Below, piece by piece: positions 38,295-48,737 of a stretch of DNA of 64,000 nt. Position 1 is the stretch's first letter, and each line of letters opens with the position of its first letter. Below the pieces are notes generated by a model, which worked only from the letters and a program-made list of their open reading frames with translations, made no database searches and had not been told where the DNA came from. The stretch is from IMG/VR virus record IMGVR_UViG_3300045988_181996; one strand, given 5' to 3'. A program made the position numbers and the translations under genes. Origin of the DNA: a virus.

Positions 38295-41200
38295 TTATTT
38301 AATTGCATTTAATAATTCAGTAATAAAATTATAAGATTTATTTTTCTTTAATTCAGTTGATTTTGTATCAATTTTTTCATCTTGTTTGATTTTTGGTTTG
38401 TCTTCTGATTTTATTTCTGTTTTAGTTTCAACTTTTTTATCTGTTAGTTTATAAACAATAGCTGTATAATATGTATCATTTTTAATAATTTCAACAGGGT
38501 TATTTTCAAAACCTAAATCTTTTAATTTCGCTTTTACTTCAGCTTCTGAATTTAATGTATAGAAATTATATTTTACTTTAACTTCTTTAACTTTATCAGT
38601 ATTTACTGCTGTTTGAGTTGCTTGTCCTTTTATATTATTGTACTTAACAATAAAATGATTATCGCTATCTAATGATACATTCACAATACTAGTTGGAGCA
38701 ATACCACGATTTACAGTATATTCAATAGCTTCAGCTTCTGTTGTAATAGTTGATTTGTAAATTTTAAGAGTACTAAATTTACTATCATCTAATTTATTCT
38801 CAACTTCTTTATCTGATTTTTCAATTAATGAAACAATTGCTTTTGAATGAGTTTCTTGTACTGATTTCAATTTATTTATATCGTTTGTAACATTACTAAA
38901 AGCTTTATTAGCTTCAACAACAATTTTTCTTATTGATAAAGTATTTTGCGAAATATTTTTGGAATTTGTTTCAATTGCTTTATCTTGTTCAGCATCTTTT
39001 TGTGCTTGTTTTTCTGTATTTTTATTATATTTCTCCACAAGCTCATTTAAACGTTTCTCAAGCAACGCTTTAGCATTTTCTGATGTATTAGTTGTTACTG
39101 TTGTTGAATCAAAATCTACACCATTAATAACCTCTTTAAACACATTTGTAACACCTTGTGTTTGTGTTAAACGCTTAGCTTGGAAAAATGTATCAACTTG
39201 AAATTCTGTATTTTCAAAATCTATTGAATCCATAAAATCTTGATCAAATTGTAATTTCACACGAGTTATTTTACTATCGTGACCTTCAGTAATACCTGTT
39301 TCAGTATTTACATCTTTTGAAACATTTCTTTCAATTACTTGTGTTGTATATTTTGTTATATCAGTATTAACAGGCATCACACCATTAGTACGTTTATATC
39401 GTTCATATAATGCTGTACCTTTTTTAAATTTAATTTCTTTACCTGATTCCACAAAATATTTACCATCATATTCATCAGCTTCATGGAATTCGTCTGTTAT
39501 TTCATATGTTTCAAGACGTACATTTTTTGGTAATGTAGTTCCTTTAGCTCTATATTGGAAATATGTACCTTCTTCAATACTTGATTTCTCATTAGCTTTT
39601 AAATCAAGAGAAGCTAAATTACTTCTTGAAATAACAGCATCTTTACGAGGATCGATTTTTGGAACATCATTTGTTACTTCATTTGATTTATAAATATTAC
39701 CAAAATCATCTTGATAAAACACATTGCTATACGTATTACCGTTATATCCCCCATTAGGATTTACAACTTTTTTAGTTGTCATTGGAATATTTATTTTTAA
39801 ATTCTTACCTTTTTCTACATATTCTTTATAATATGGGTGATCATATCCTTGAATAGATACTCTCACAGCTTTACCTTCACGTTCAATACCTTCCACTTTA
39901 TCTATTAAAGACCAAGTTAATCCTTCTATTACCTTATTATCTGTACCTTTAAATGTACCATCAGCTTGACCAGTAGCAATAACTTTATCACCATCTTTTA
40001 ATGTAACTGGACCAGTAAAGTCTACTGCTTCAAATGGTGCTAAATCATATGCATGTAAACCTTTTGCTTGCATTTCTTTATCAATGTTAACACCTTTATA
40101 TTGGTCAAAATCCCATGTTAACTCGAAATTATTAACTGTACCTGGTAATAATGTTTTACCATCAATTACAACACCTTTATTATCTTTATTATGTTTTTCA
40201 GGTTCAGGAGAAGTTGTTTTAATTGTTATTGATTTATTCTCAACAAGATATTCATCGTTGATAATAGTATCGAAACCTACTTGAACTTCTTTATTATCTT
40301 CTGTTAATTTAAACTTAATACTTGGTATTTCATATTTAAATTCATCTTTCATTGAACCACTAATATGACCATTATTAACATTTTGTTTTTTGTTAACTTC
40401 CACAAGATAACGTGATGTAGCAGAGTAAGTTAATTTACGAGTTTTTTCATTATAATCAACATTCCAATAATCTGTTGATTGAACTTGTTCTTTATTAAAT
40501 TCAACACCTTCAGGTAAAGTTATAGTTGAAATAATATTATGAATTTTATCAAATCTACCTTCTGGTAGCTTTTCATTATCAATATTTAATTTAATAATTT
40601 GATTTTTCATAGCCTGAACAGTTTTATAAGTTCCATTAGCTTGTATTTCAATTATTTCATCATCAACATTATTAACTTTACTAGTACTACTTGGAGTAGA
40701 ACGAATATCGTATAAATGATATGATACTGTCGGTTTTTCGATTACTTTGTTTTGTGACGCTTCATATGTGTAAATTTTTACTGGTTTAACAGCTTCTTCA
40801 ACTAATTTACTATCAACTGATAATGTATATAGTTTAAAAGTAGGTGTATCTGTAACCGTACCAGCTTTAACTGCTTCAACATGTTTTTGTAAAGCATCAT
40901 AAGATTTTTTAATTTGTTCTTTATATTTATTAATATCTTCAATTGAACTTACTCTAACTGTTTCTTTTTCTAATTTAATAGTTCCTTGACTAGCTTGTGT
41001 CTGAAACATAACATATGAATTTTGTAATCTATCAAAATCAGCAATCCCTGATTTAGTTTCACTATAAATTTTAGCAGTTTTAACTGCTGCATCTAATTTA
41101 GTTTTATCAGCTTCAAATTCAGATTTATCAAAAACTTTAGTTTCACTAATTGTAGTTGCACCATATGTTGATAAATTATTATTATAAGCTGTCATTACTG

Positions 41201-41573
41201 CATTAGCACTTGTAACATCAGACTGCGAAGATGAACCAGTTTTATTAGCCGATTCTAAATCCTTTTCATATTGATCCATTGCTTTAATGATTTCTTTTTG
41301 TTTACTTAAATAATATTCTTTAGCTTCAGCAATATTCTTTCTAGTTTCTTCAGCATTACCTGTTAAAATTTTAGTATCTTCTCTAGTTATTGTAATACCT
41401 TTAGCTGTAGCATTACGAATAGTATCATCTAAATGTGAATGATCAACATGAACATCTAAATGTCCAACACTTTCTTGGTCATAATTTTCAGTATCAGCAG
41501 ACGCTACACCAACTGATAAAGCTGACATAGGAGCTAATACACTTAATAATTGTTTTTTATTTAAAACTGTCAT
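38295..41573 (-). CDS. large secreted surface protein 1092 aa (signal peptide, no LPXTG)
   Basis: Signal peptide 'LLSVLAPMSALSVGVASA'. Ser/Thr/Asn-rich. C-terminal KxE repeats. Confidence 0.6.
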   Translation of the reverse strand: MTVLNKKQLLSVLAPMSALSVGVASADTENYDQESVGHLDVHVDHSHLDDTIRNATAKGITITREDTKILTGNAEETRKNIAEAKEYYLSKQKEIIKAMDQYEKDLESANKTGSSSQSDVTSANAVMTAYNNNLSTYGATTISETKVFDKSEFEADKTKLDAAVKTAKIYSETKSGIADFDRLQNSYVMFQTQASQGTIKLEKETVRVSSIEDINKYKEQIKKSYDALQKHVEAVKAGTVTDTPTFKLYTLSVDSKLVEEAVKPVKIYTYEASQNKVIEKPTVSYHLYDIRSTPSSTSKVNNVDDEIIEIQANGTYKTVQAMKNQIIKLNIDNEKLPEGRFDKIHNIISTITLPEGVEFNKEQVQSTDYWNVDYNEKTRKLTYSATSRYLVEVNKKQNVNNGHISGSMKDEFKYEIPSIKFKLTEDNKEVQVGFDTIINDEYLVENKSITIKTTSPEPEKHNKDNKGVVIDGKTLLPGTVNNFELTWDFDQYKGVNIDKEMQAKGLHAYDLAPFEAVDFTGPVTLKDGDKVIATGQADGTFKGTDNKVIEGLTWSLIDKVEGIEREGKAVRVSIQGYDHPYYKEYVEKGKNLKINIPMTTKKVVNPNGGYNGNTYSNVFYQDDFGNIYKSNEVTNDVPKIDPRKDAVISRSNLASLDLKANEKSSIEEGTYFQYRAKGTTLPKNVRLETYEITDEFHEADEYDGKYFVESGKEIKFKKGTALYERYKRTNGVMPVNTDITKYTTQVIERNVSKDVNTETGITEGHDSKITRVKLQFDQDFMDSIDFENTEFQVDTFFQAKRLTQTQGVTNVFKEVINGVDFDSTTVTTNTSENAKALLEKRLNELVEKYNKNTEKQAQKDAEQDKAIETNSKNISQNTLSIRKIVVEANKAFSNVTNDINKLKSVQETHSKAIVSLIEKSDKEVENKLDDSKFSTLKIYKSTITTEAEAIEYTVNRGIAPTSIVNVSLDSDNHFIVKYNNIKGQATQTAVNTDKVKEVKVKYNFYTLNSEAEVKAKLKDLGFENNPVEIIKNDTYYTAIVYKLTDKKVETKTEIKSEDKPKIKQDEKIDTKSTELKKNKSYNFITELLNAIK

Positions 41574-41683
41574 TATTTAAAATCTCCATTCTAAAATATA
41601 TATAAACTATTATAACATAAAAAAAGCTTAAAAACAAGGAAAATAAAAAAAAGTGATGTAAAAACATACATCACTTTAATATT

Positions 41684-44600
41684 TTAATTTTTTGCTTCCG
41701 ATTCACTATCTAATCTTCGTTTAATTTCATTAAATAATAATTTATGATTAACAACAATATCATTAAGTTCATCAGGTTTGACTAATACATCCGTTACAAA
41801 TATATCTAAATCACGATGTGTTTGTTTAGCTACAAGCTGTCCACCAATATATACATCTCGTTCTTTTGGATTTTTGACAACACAAGATAAATCTTGAATG
41901 TTAACACCTTTTTCAACAACATCTGTTACCATATCTTCTAATATTTGTAAATGATATGAATTTCTAAAATCATATTCTAATGGAATATTTGGTTTAAATG
42001 TACGTTTATATTCTTCAATTTTATCAGCTTCTTCATAAATATCTACGACTTTTAAATCTTCGATACGTTTTTCTTCTGGGAATTCACGTTTCATTGCTGT
42101 AATAAATTGGAAAACTTTACCAGGTGCATATATAAATGCTCCATTTTCTTTACTATTTGTATTACGGTAAATAGAAGTTAAATTCTCTAATTCTTCATCA
42201 TCTACCAAATCAAATAATAAATCACGTAATTCTAATACAACCAATTCTTTTTCTTCAGGTTTTACATTTGGATTCATTAAAATATTCATTTGTTTATCTA
42301 ACGTATTAGCTATTTCACTGTAAGATTTAACATTACCATCTTTCATTCTTAAATGTTCAGCTTGTTTATCAAATTCCTCATAAACCATATTCATCATATA
42401 ATTTGATAAATCACCATTATTTTCCTTAATTGATAAATTATAATCACTATGTAATTTTAATACTTCATCTTTAATTTTTAAAGAAATTTTCGCTTGTTCG
42501 ACTCTATCATAAACTAATTGTTCAGCATCTATTAAATTATCTTCCAATGTACCAAACGTAGTAGCACGAGTAGTTGGTAAGTTATTTTGTGAATACTGTC
42601 CATCTTTCGGGTTTGGTAATTTACTGTGTAATCGCCATGCACATGGTGTTATATGAGCACCTTTATTAACTATTGGCATATCATTACTTCTAAACACAAT
42701 TCCATTACCAGGTTTATCACCTGCTAAAAATAATAAATCATTTAAAACAAGTGTAGTACTTTCTTCCTGTTGTTTACCATAAGAGATTGTTGGTTCACCA
42801 ACAGTAATTAAATCTGTTGGTTTAACCTGATAGTTTGATGAATTTACTCGAATATTATGTTTAACTCCAGACAACCTAATCATTTCATCTAATAGATTTT
42901 TCTCATTAGATTTTAAGAAAATTGTAATAGCAGAGTTTGAACGTACAACATTCTCAACTTCTTCACCATATAATGAACGTAACTGTTCAAATGATTGTAA
43001 TACGAAAGTATTTTGAATATTTTGTCCTAAACCAATTGATACAATTTTATCTAAGTTCGGAATTCCTTTACCATTATCACTTATATTACCAAACTCATCA
43101 AATAACGTACGTGTTCCAACAATTGGTTTTGTTGTATTTTTAATAACGTATGATAAATCTAAACTTCCATTAAATAATTGGTCAATTATCATCAACGGGT
43201 GTTTTTGATAATGTTGTTTATTCGGAGGTACAATAAAGAATATAACTTTTGGACGTTCAGTATAAAACACTTGTGTAGATAAAATAATAGGTGATTTTAC
43301 AACATCAACTGTTTTTGTTTTAAAGTTTACTTGTTTTTCATTAAATTTTGATAATGATTCTTTACCTGTTTTTAGATCAATTTCAACTAAAAATCCATCT
43401 TTAATAACTTTAGAACCTGTAATTTCATCAATCGCATATGTTATATTATTAACTGTTTTAAAACCTTTAATAAATTTAAAATAAAATGTACGAGCAACTT
43501 TACCATTAGTTTTAATTTCTAATTTTGCATATGAAACAATATCATCTAAAATACCACCCCAATAACACCAAATCCAATTATTCTTTTTAATTTTTTCTTG
43601 GTGTTTGAAATCCTTACCTTCATACGGAACTGTAAATTTAGCATCTTTATAAAATGACCATTCAGCAATTTCACCATAATATTGATATTTTTCCATAAAT
43701 TGTTTATTTAATTCAATACCAAAACGTCTTGGGAAACCTAAACCACTAACATCAAAACTTTCCTCAATAGAACCTGATAATAAAGCTGACGTAGTAGGGT
43801 CAATATAAATAGACATATTTGTTAATAATGATGCATAAACACCTGCTAATGTTTGTTGTGCACCACCAATAGGTCTAATAGATTCATCGGCTTTAATTGC
43901 CAATTCACGCAATTTATTAGACGGTAACGTATTAACAGCATCAAATAATACTGATAATAAATCTTTTTCAGCAACAGGAACAGCTTTAGGATTTACTTTT
44001 AATAATTTATCATCTTTTGTTATTTTACCACATAAACTTGAAATTAATGAGTAAATATTAAACAGTGTAACTTTAGAATATAATTTATTAATTTGTGATG
44101 TTAAGACTTCATTAGGAATATTATTCTTTAATGCCATATAACGTAAATATTTTTCTTGCTCAATAACATAATCAAACAATGTATAAACAGCACGTTTAAA
44201 CATATTCCCAGCAGCTTTATTCCAAATCTCCCCATCATCAGGGAAAATTAAATTCGATAATGCATCAACAAGTGTAGAACCTTTTAACGTATCATTTTGT
44301 CTAAATAATAAAATAGAATTAATTAGTGGGTTAAATACGTTTGTTAAAGAATCTGATAATAAATTAAACTGTATAACTTCATAACCAGACTTTGTAAGAG
44401 AATAATAAAATTTATTTATTAATTCTCCTTTCGGGTCAGTAATAAGTAAATTCCATTTAATTTTACAACGTCTTTGTACATCAATCATAGGTTCAATGTA
44501 TGTTTGTCCTTTACCTGCACGTGTAATTGCTATTAAAATAGTATTTGAAGCAGTACTATCATAAAAATATAAACCAGCAGGTTGTTGTGTATCCGTATCT

Positions 44601-45466
44601 AAAGTATAAAATGTATTATTAATAACATCACTTAATTTATCATATGGACCACGCTCACGAGCAGAGAATTTACGTCTTTTACCATCTCCTCCATCTTTTC
44701 GCTTTATAATAGGGTTGTAATCAAATTCTGTTGTATCGTAATAAAAACGATCATCAACATGAACACCACTTGCATCATACAACGCTTCAGCAAATTCTTT
44801 ACAAAACATAGATGTTTTCTTATAAACAATATTTCCATTTTCATCACGTTTAACATATCCATCAATTCCACTATCATATACAGGTATATTTATTTTATTA
44901 ATACCTCTATTTAATGCAAACATATGTCCAACTAGAGCTGTTACACTATCACTTGGAGAAGGATCAAACCCTAAACCAGCATCAGGAGCAACATTAAAAT
45001 CACGTATCATATCCTCAATATCTTTGATAGATGCATCATTTTCAAATACATGTAAATCTCCTTGAATAAATGGAGCATTTCTTGTATTCCAAAAACCTTT
45101 CAATATATAATGTGATATTTTGTATACTGAAAACCAACCAAAAACCATAATAGCCACATAAACAAGAAAAGCTCCTGAATCAAAAAAGAAACCAACTTGA
45201 TTTTTAGGATTATTAAAATTATGTGACATCATCAAAATAAACTGTATAAAACAACATAGTGCAAGAGGTATAGAAATACCGAAAAATACAGCACCTGGTT
45301 TATAAAATTTCATATCTGGTTTCGTCTTACCATTTTTTTCGACTATCATATTATTGTTTTTTGGGGTTCGTTGTTTTCGTTTACGTTCAATTAATATTTT
45401 ACGCACTGGATTAATTTTATCAACGAAATTCGTGATTGATGATTTATTAAACATATTTATCACCAT
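41684..45466 (-). CDS. type IV coupling protein-like (VirD4/TraG family) ATPase, 1260 aa with long C-terminal extension
   Basis: Two N-terminal TM helices. Degenerate P-loop 'IAITRAGKGQTY'. 'LITDPKGELINKF' box typical of T4CPs. Canonical GxxGxGKT absent. Confidence 0.5.
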   Translation of the reverse strand: MVINMFNKSSITNFVDKINPVRKILIERKRKQRTPKNNNMIVEKNGKTKPDMKFYKPGAVFFGISIPLALCCFIQFILMMSHNFNNPKNQVGFFFDSGAFLVYVAIMVFGWFSVYKISHYILKGFWNTRNAPFIQGDLHVFENDASIKDIEDMIRDFNVAPDAGLGFDPSPSDSVTALVGHMFALNRGINKINIPVYDSGIDGYVKRDENGNIVYKKTSMFCKEFAEALYDASGVHVDDRFYYDTTEFDYNPIIKRKDGGDGKRRKFSARERGPYDKLSDVINNTFYTLDTDTQQPAGLYFYDSTASNTILIAITRAGKGQTYIEPMIDVQRRCKIKWNLLITDPKGELINKFYYSLTKSGYEVIQFNLLSDSLTNVFNPLINSILLFRQNDTLKGSTLVDALSNLIFPDDGEIWNKAAGNMFKRAVYTLFDYVIEQEKYLRYMALKNNIPNEVLTSQINKLYSKVTLFNIYSLISSLCGKITKDDKLLKVNPKAVPVAEKDLLSVLFDAVNTLPSNKLRELAIKADESIRPIGGAQQTLAGVYASLLTNMSIYIDPTTSALLSGSIEESFDVSGLGFPRRFGIELNKQFMEKYQYYGEIAEWSFYKDAKFTVPYEGKDFKHQEKIKKNNWIWCYWGGILDDIVSYAKLEIKTNGKVARTFYFKFIKGFKTVNNITYAIDEITGSKVIKDGFLVEIDLKTGKESLSKFNEKQVNFKTKTVDVVKSPIILSTQVFYTERPKVIFFIVPPNKQHYQKHPLMIIDQLFNGSLDLSYVIKNTTKPIVGTRTLFDEFGNISDNGKGIPNLDKIVSIGLGQNIQNTFVLQSFEQLRSLYGEEVENVVRSNSAITIFLKSNEKNLLDEMIRLSGVKHNIRVNSSNYQVKPTDLITVGEPTISYGKQQEESTTLVLNDLLFLAGDKPGNGIVFRSNDMPIVNKGAHITPCAWRLHSKLPNPKDGQYSQNNLPTTRATTFGTLEDNLIDAEQLVYDRVEQAKISLKIKDEVLKLHSDYNLSIKENNGDLSNYMMNMVYEEFDKQAEHLRMKDGNVKSYSEIANTLDKQMNILMNPNVKPEEKELVVLELRDLLFDLVDDEELENLTSIYRNTNSKENGAFIYAPGKVFQFITAMKREFPEEKRIEDLKVVDIYEEADKIEEYKRTFKPNIPLEYDFRNSYHLQILEDMVTDVVEKGVNIQDLSCVVKNPKERDVYIGGQLVAKQTHRDLDIFVTDVLVKPDELNDIVVNHKLLFNEIKRRLDSESEAKN

Positions 45467-45606
45467 AATTTTTTCTCATAATATCACCATATTAACCTTT
45501 CAATTTTTATAAATATATTATATCACATAATTCACCATAAAAAAAGTATTAAATTTAATGTCATAAGAAAAAGACTTACCGAAGTAAGTCTTTAACATTA
45601 ATATTA

Positions 45607-47739
45607 TTATTTTGATTCTTTTCTACGAGTTCTCGCTAAAGCAATACCTGTTGCAAGGGCAACTAATCCAGCTTCTACTGGTATATTTGAATCACCTGTT
45701 TGTGGTAATTGTTTACCTTGTGGTTTTTCAACTGGTTTTTCAGTTTTAGGTGTTTCAGCTTTAGGTGTTTCTTGTACATCATAGATGTAAGTTTTTGTTT
45801 TTCCATCTTTAGAAGTTTCCACACCTACAAGTTTTAATTTGCGTTTTTCAGGGTCTTTATCATTAGAGAAATCTAACTCTTTTGCAAATTCTTTACCTTC
45901 AACATCATCCACGATACGTTTACGGTCAGATTTTGTAATATATCTTGTCGTAACTTTTGCAGCATCTACTTCATAAATGTTTTTAATAACTTTATTACCA
46001 TCTTTGTCAGTTTCTTCAACAGTTTCTACAAATTTATAACCTTTAACATCATCGCCTTCTTTATCTGGGAAAGCACCTTCTTTAGGTTCGTGTCCTGGAA
46101 TATCTTTACCTGTAGCTTTATCAACCCATTTAGTTGTTACTTTTGTTTCAACTGGTTTTTTAGTATAAGTATTAACAACATTACCTTTATCATCTGTATG
46201 TGTTGATACTAATGTATATCCTGGAACGTCGTCACCTTCTTTATCAGGGAAACTTCCTTCTTTAGGTTCGTGTCCTGGAATATCTTTACCAGTAGCTTCA
46301 TCTACCCAACGAGTATTTGTTTTAGGTGCTTCTACTTTTTCATATAAGTTAACAGTATCACCAACTTTAAATGGTGAATCTTTGTCAAGACCTTTTGCAA
46401 TTTCTTCAGTAATTACAATTGGTTCACCTTTTAATTTATAACCTTTAATATCAGATTCACCGTCATTATCTGGGAAACTTCCTTCACGTGGTGCAAGTAA
46501 AGGTTCTTTTGGATTATTTGCATCATACCAGTGTGTTCTTACAACTTTTTTCTCAGGAGTTTTTACATATTCATGTACAATATTTCCATCTTTATCTTTT
46601 GTAGTAGTTACATAAGTATAACCTGGAACATCTTTACCTTTTTCATGAGTTCCTTCTTGAGGTGGTTTTACTTCTTTACCTGTATCTTTATCAATCCATT
46701 TTGTGATTATTTTTTTCTCAGGTGTTTTTTCTGGTGTTTTTTCGTAATAGTGTGTTCTTGTATTACCTTCAGTTTTTGTATCTACGTGAGTGTATTCTTT
46801 GATAGGGTGACTATCTACGAAATCATTACCTTCAACACTTTTATCTAATTCTTTACCAGTAGTTTTATCGATAAATTTAGTAACACGTTTTACTTCATTT
46901 TTATCAGTAGAACCATTATCAGCATTATTGTTTCCACCAGTGATTACTGCACTTTCAAAGAATGCAACAGCAGCTTCAGTAGTACCACTTTCAGCTAATA
47001 CTGATTTTCTAATGATAGAAGCACCGTCAGCATACATACCTTCGTATGAATCTAATACTGGTTTAATTGCTTCATAAGATGTTAATTTAGAAAGGTCAGC
47101 ACCTTGAGCTTTTAATTTAGCATCATATGAATCGAATGCTTTTTGATATTTATCAGAAATACCAGCTCCGTATGTGTCAATTGCTTTCATTACATCTCCA
47201 GTTGTTTTAACTGCTCCAAATTTACCTTGAATAGTAGTTGAAACTTTTTTATTACTAGCACTATCACCATTTGTAAATGCAACAGCAATTGTGTTAATTG
47301 GTTCATCTAAGTTTTCAACTGTGTATTTTTGACCACTTTGAGTAGTAATTTGAGTTCCACCTAAACTATTATAGAAATTAATTAATTTAACAATAGTTTC
47401 ACGAGCAGATTTATCACCATTCATTGCTTTATCTAATAATGAATTTACAATTGAAGGGTCTTTTAATTCAGGAACTTCCACAACTGCTTTTTTATATAAA
47501 TCAGAACTTGTTCCTAAATTTACAATTGCATTACCTAAAGCTGATGCATTAACACCAGTTGGTCTATCAAACATAACAGGGTAATCTGCTTTAGTAGCTT
47601 GTTTTGTTAAATCAAAATCTCCAGCTTTATACTCTTTAAATGTATCTGCACTTACATTTCCTACAGATAATACACTAGCTCCACCAGCTAGTAAACTTAA
47701 CACCATTAAATTTTTATTTTGTTTGCTAATATAACTCAC
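45607..47739 (-). CDS. LPXTG cell-wall-anchored repeat protein 710 aa
   Basis: Signal peptide. C-terminal 'LPQTGDSN' + hydrophobic stretch + 'RTRRKESK'. Three to four ~45-aa repeats 'TKWVDKATGKDIPGHEPKEGAFPDKEGDDVKGY'. Confidence 0.8.
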   Translation of the reverse strand: MSYISKQNKNLMVLSLLAGGASVLSVGNVSADTFKEYKAGDFDLTKQATKADYPVMFDRPTGVNASALGNAIVNLGTSSDLYKKAVVEVPELKDPSIVNSLLDKAMNGDKSARETIVKLINFYNSLGGTQITTQSGQKYTVENLDEPINTIAVAFTNGDSASNKKVSTTIQGKFGAVKTTGDVMKAIDTYGAGISDKYQKAFDSYDAKLKAQGADLSKLTSYEAIKPVLDSYEGMYADGASIIRKSVLAESGTTEAAVAFFESAVITGGNNNADNGSTDKNEVKRVTKFIDKTTGKELDKSVEGNDFVDSHPIKEYTHVDTKTEGNTRTHYYEKTPEKTPEKKIITKWIDKDTGKEVKPPQEGTHEKGKDVPGYTYVTTTKDKDGNIVHEYVKTPEKKVVRTHWYDANNPKEPLLAPREGSFPDNDGESDIKGYKLKGEPIVITEEIAKGLDKDSPFKVGDTVNLYEKVEAPKTNTRWVDEATGKDIPGHEPKEGSFPDKEGDDVPGYTLVSTHTDDKGNVVNTYTKKPVETKVTTKWVDKATGKDIPGHEPKEGAFPDKEGDDVKGYKFVETVEETDKDGNKVIKNIYEVDAAKVTTRYITKSDRKRIVDDVEGKEFAKELDFSNDKDPEKRKLKLVGVETSKDGKTKTYIYDVQETPKAETPKTEKPVEKPQGKQLPQTGDSNIPVEAGLVALATGIALARTRRKESK

Positions 47740-47756
47740 TTTAAATTCCTCCGAAA

Positions 47757-48266
47757 TTATTTATTATTTTGTAATGTCTTAATTGCTTGAGCTAATACAT
47801 AACGTTCTTGTTCATATTTTTGTATCAACTCATTTTTATTAGCCAATTCCTTAGTAATCTCACTATATTGTCTTTGTAACGTATCTAATTTTTCATTACT
47901 ATCAGCAATAAAATTATATAGTTCGATATCTTTTTCATTTAGTTTTTGTTCTAAAGAACTTACATCATCATTGTTTTCTAATTGTTCTTGAGCTAATTTT
48001 AATTCTTCACGAAGCTTTTGATTTTCTTCATTTACTAAGTCAAGATCAACACTTTTTTTATAACTCGCTTCTGATACATTTTGCAATATACCAATTATTT
48101 CATTACGAAGTCTATCTACATCCGTAACTTTAACATATTTACCTTTATGTAAATTTAGATTCATAAAACGAGCACGAACATCTTTAATAGAAATTCGACT
48201 ACCAGTACCAAGTAATTGGTCTTGCTCTAATGGAATTTCTGTTGTTGTAGTTGTTACAATTGTCAT
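47757..48266 (-). CDS. coiled-coil protein 169 aa
   Basis: Heptad-rich C-half. Confidence 0.5.
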   Translation of the reverse strand: MTIVTTTTTEIPLEQDQLLGTGSRISIKDVRARFMNLNLHKGKYVKVTDVDRLRNEIIGILQNVSEASYKKSVDLDLVNEENQKLREELKLAQEQLENNDDVSSLEQKLNEKDIELYNFIADSNEKLDTLQRQYSEITKELANKNELIQKYEQERYVLAQAIKTLQNNK

Positions 48267-48442
48267 TATTCTGTTTTCTCCTCATTATTTTCATTAGTAA
48301 TTGATTTTAAATCTTCACTAGGTAATAATTGTAGGATTTCATTTAATAACTGTTTTAAACGTTTGTTGTCAGTATTCTCTTTAACTTTATCTGTAAAAAC
48401 AACATTTGCTTGAAAAATCATTTACCAAATTCCTTTCATAGT

Positions 48443-48634
48443 TTATTCCGATAACTTTTCGTTCTCATTAGAACTTAATAATGTTCTCGGTGATTGATGA
48501 TCTACAGTCTTATGTGTATCCGTATTTCTAGTGAATATATAAATTGATGTTACAATTATAAGTGCAATACTTACAATTCCTAAAATAACATACTCCATAT
48601 AATATTTTTTTTCGTTCATAGATTTACCTTTCAT
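48443..48634 (-). CDS. 63-aa single-TM protein
   Basis: TM 'YVILGIVSIALIIVTSIYIF'. Confidence 0.35.
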   Translation of the reverse strand: MKGKSMNEKKYYMEYVILGIVSIALIIVTSIYIFTRNTDTHKTVDHQSPRTLLSSNENEKLSE

Positions 48635-48737
48635 TCATAAAACTATATTGTAAATAATACATACAACTATTTTAGCAAATAAACCTTAATAAGTCAAGTA
48701 CTAGATTACAATATAGTTATTTTTTTCAATTTTTTTA

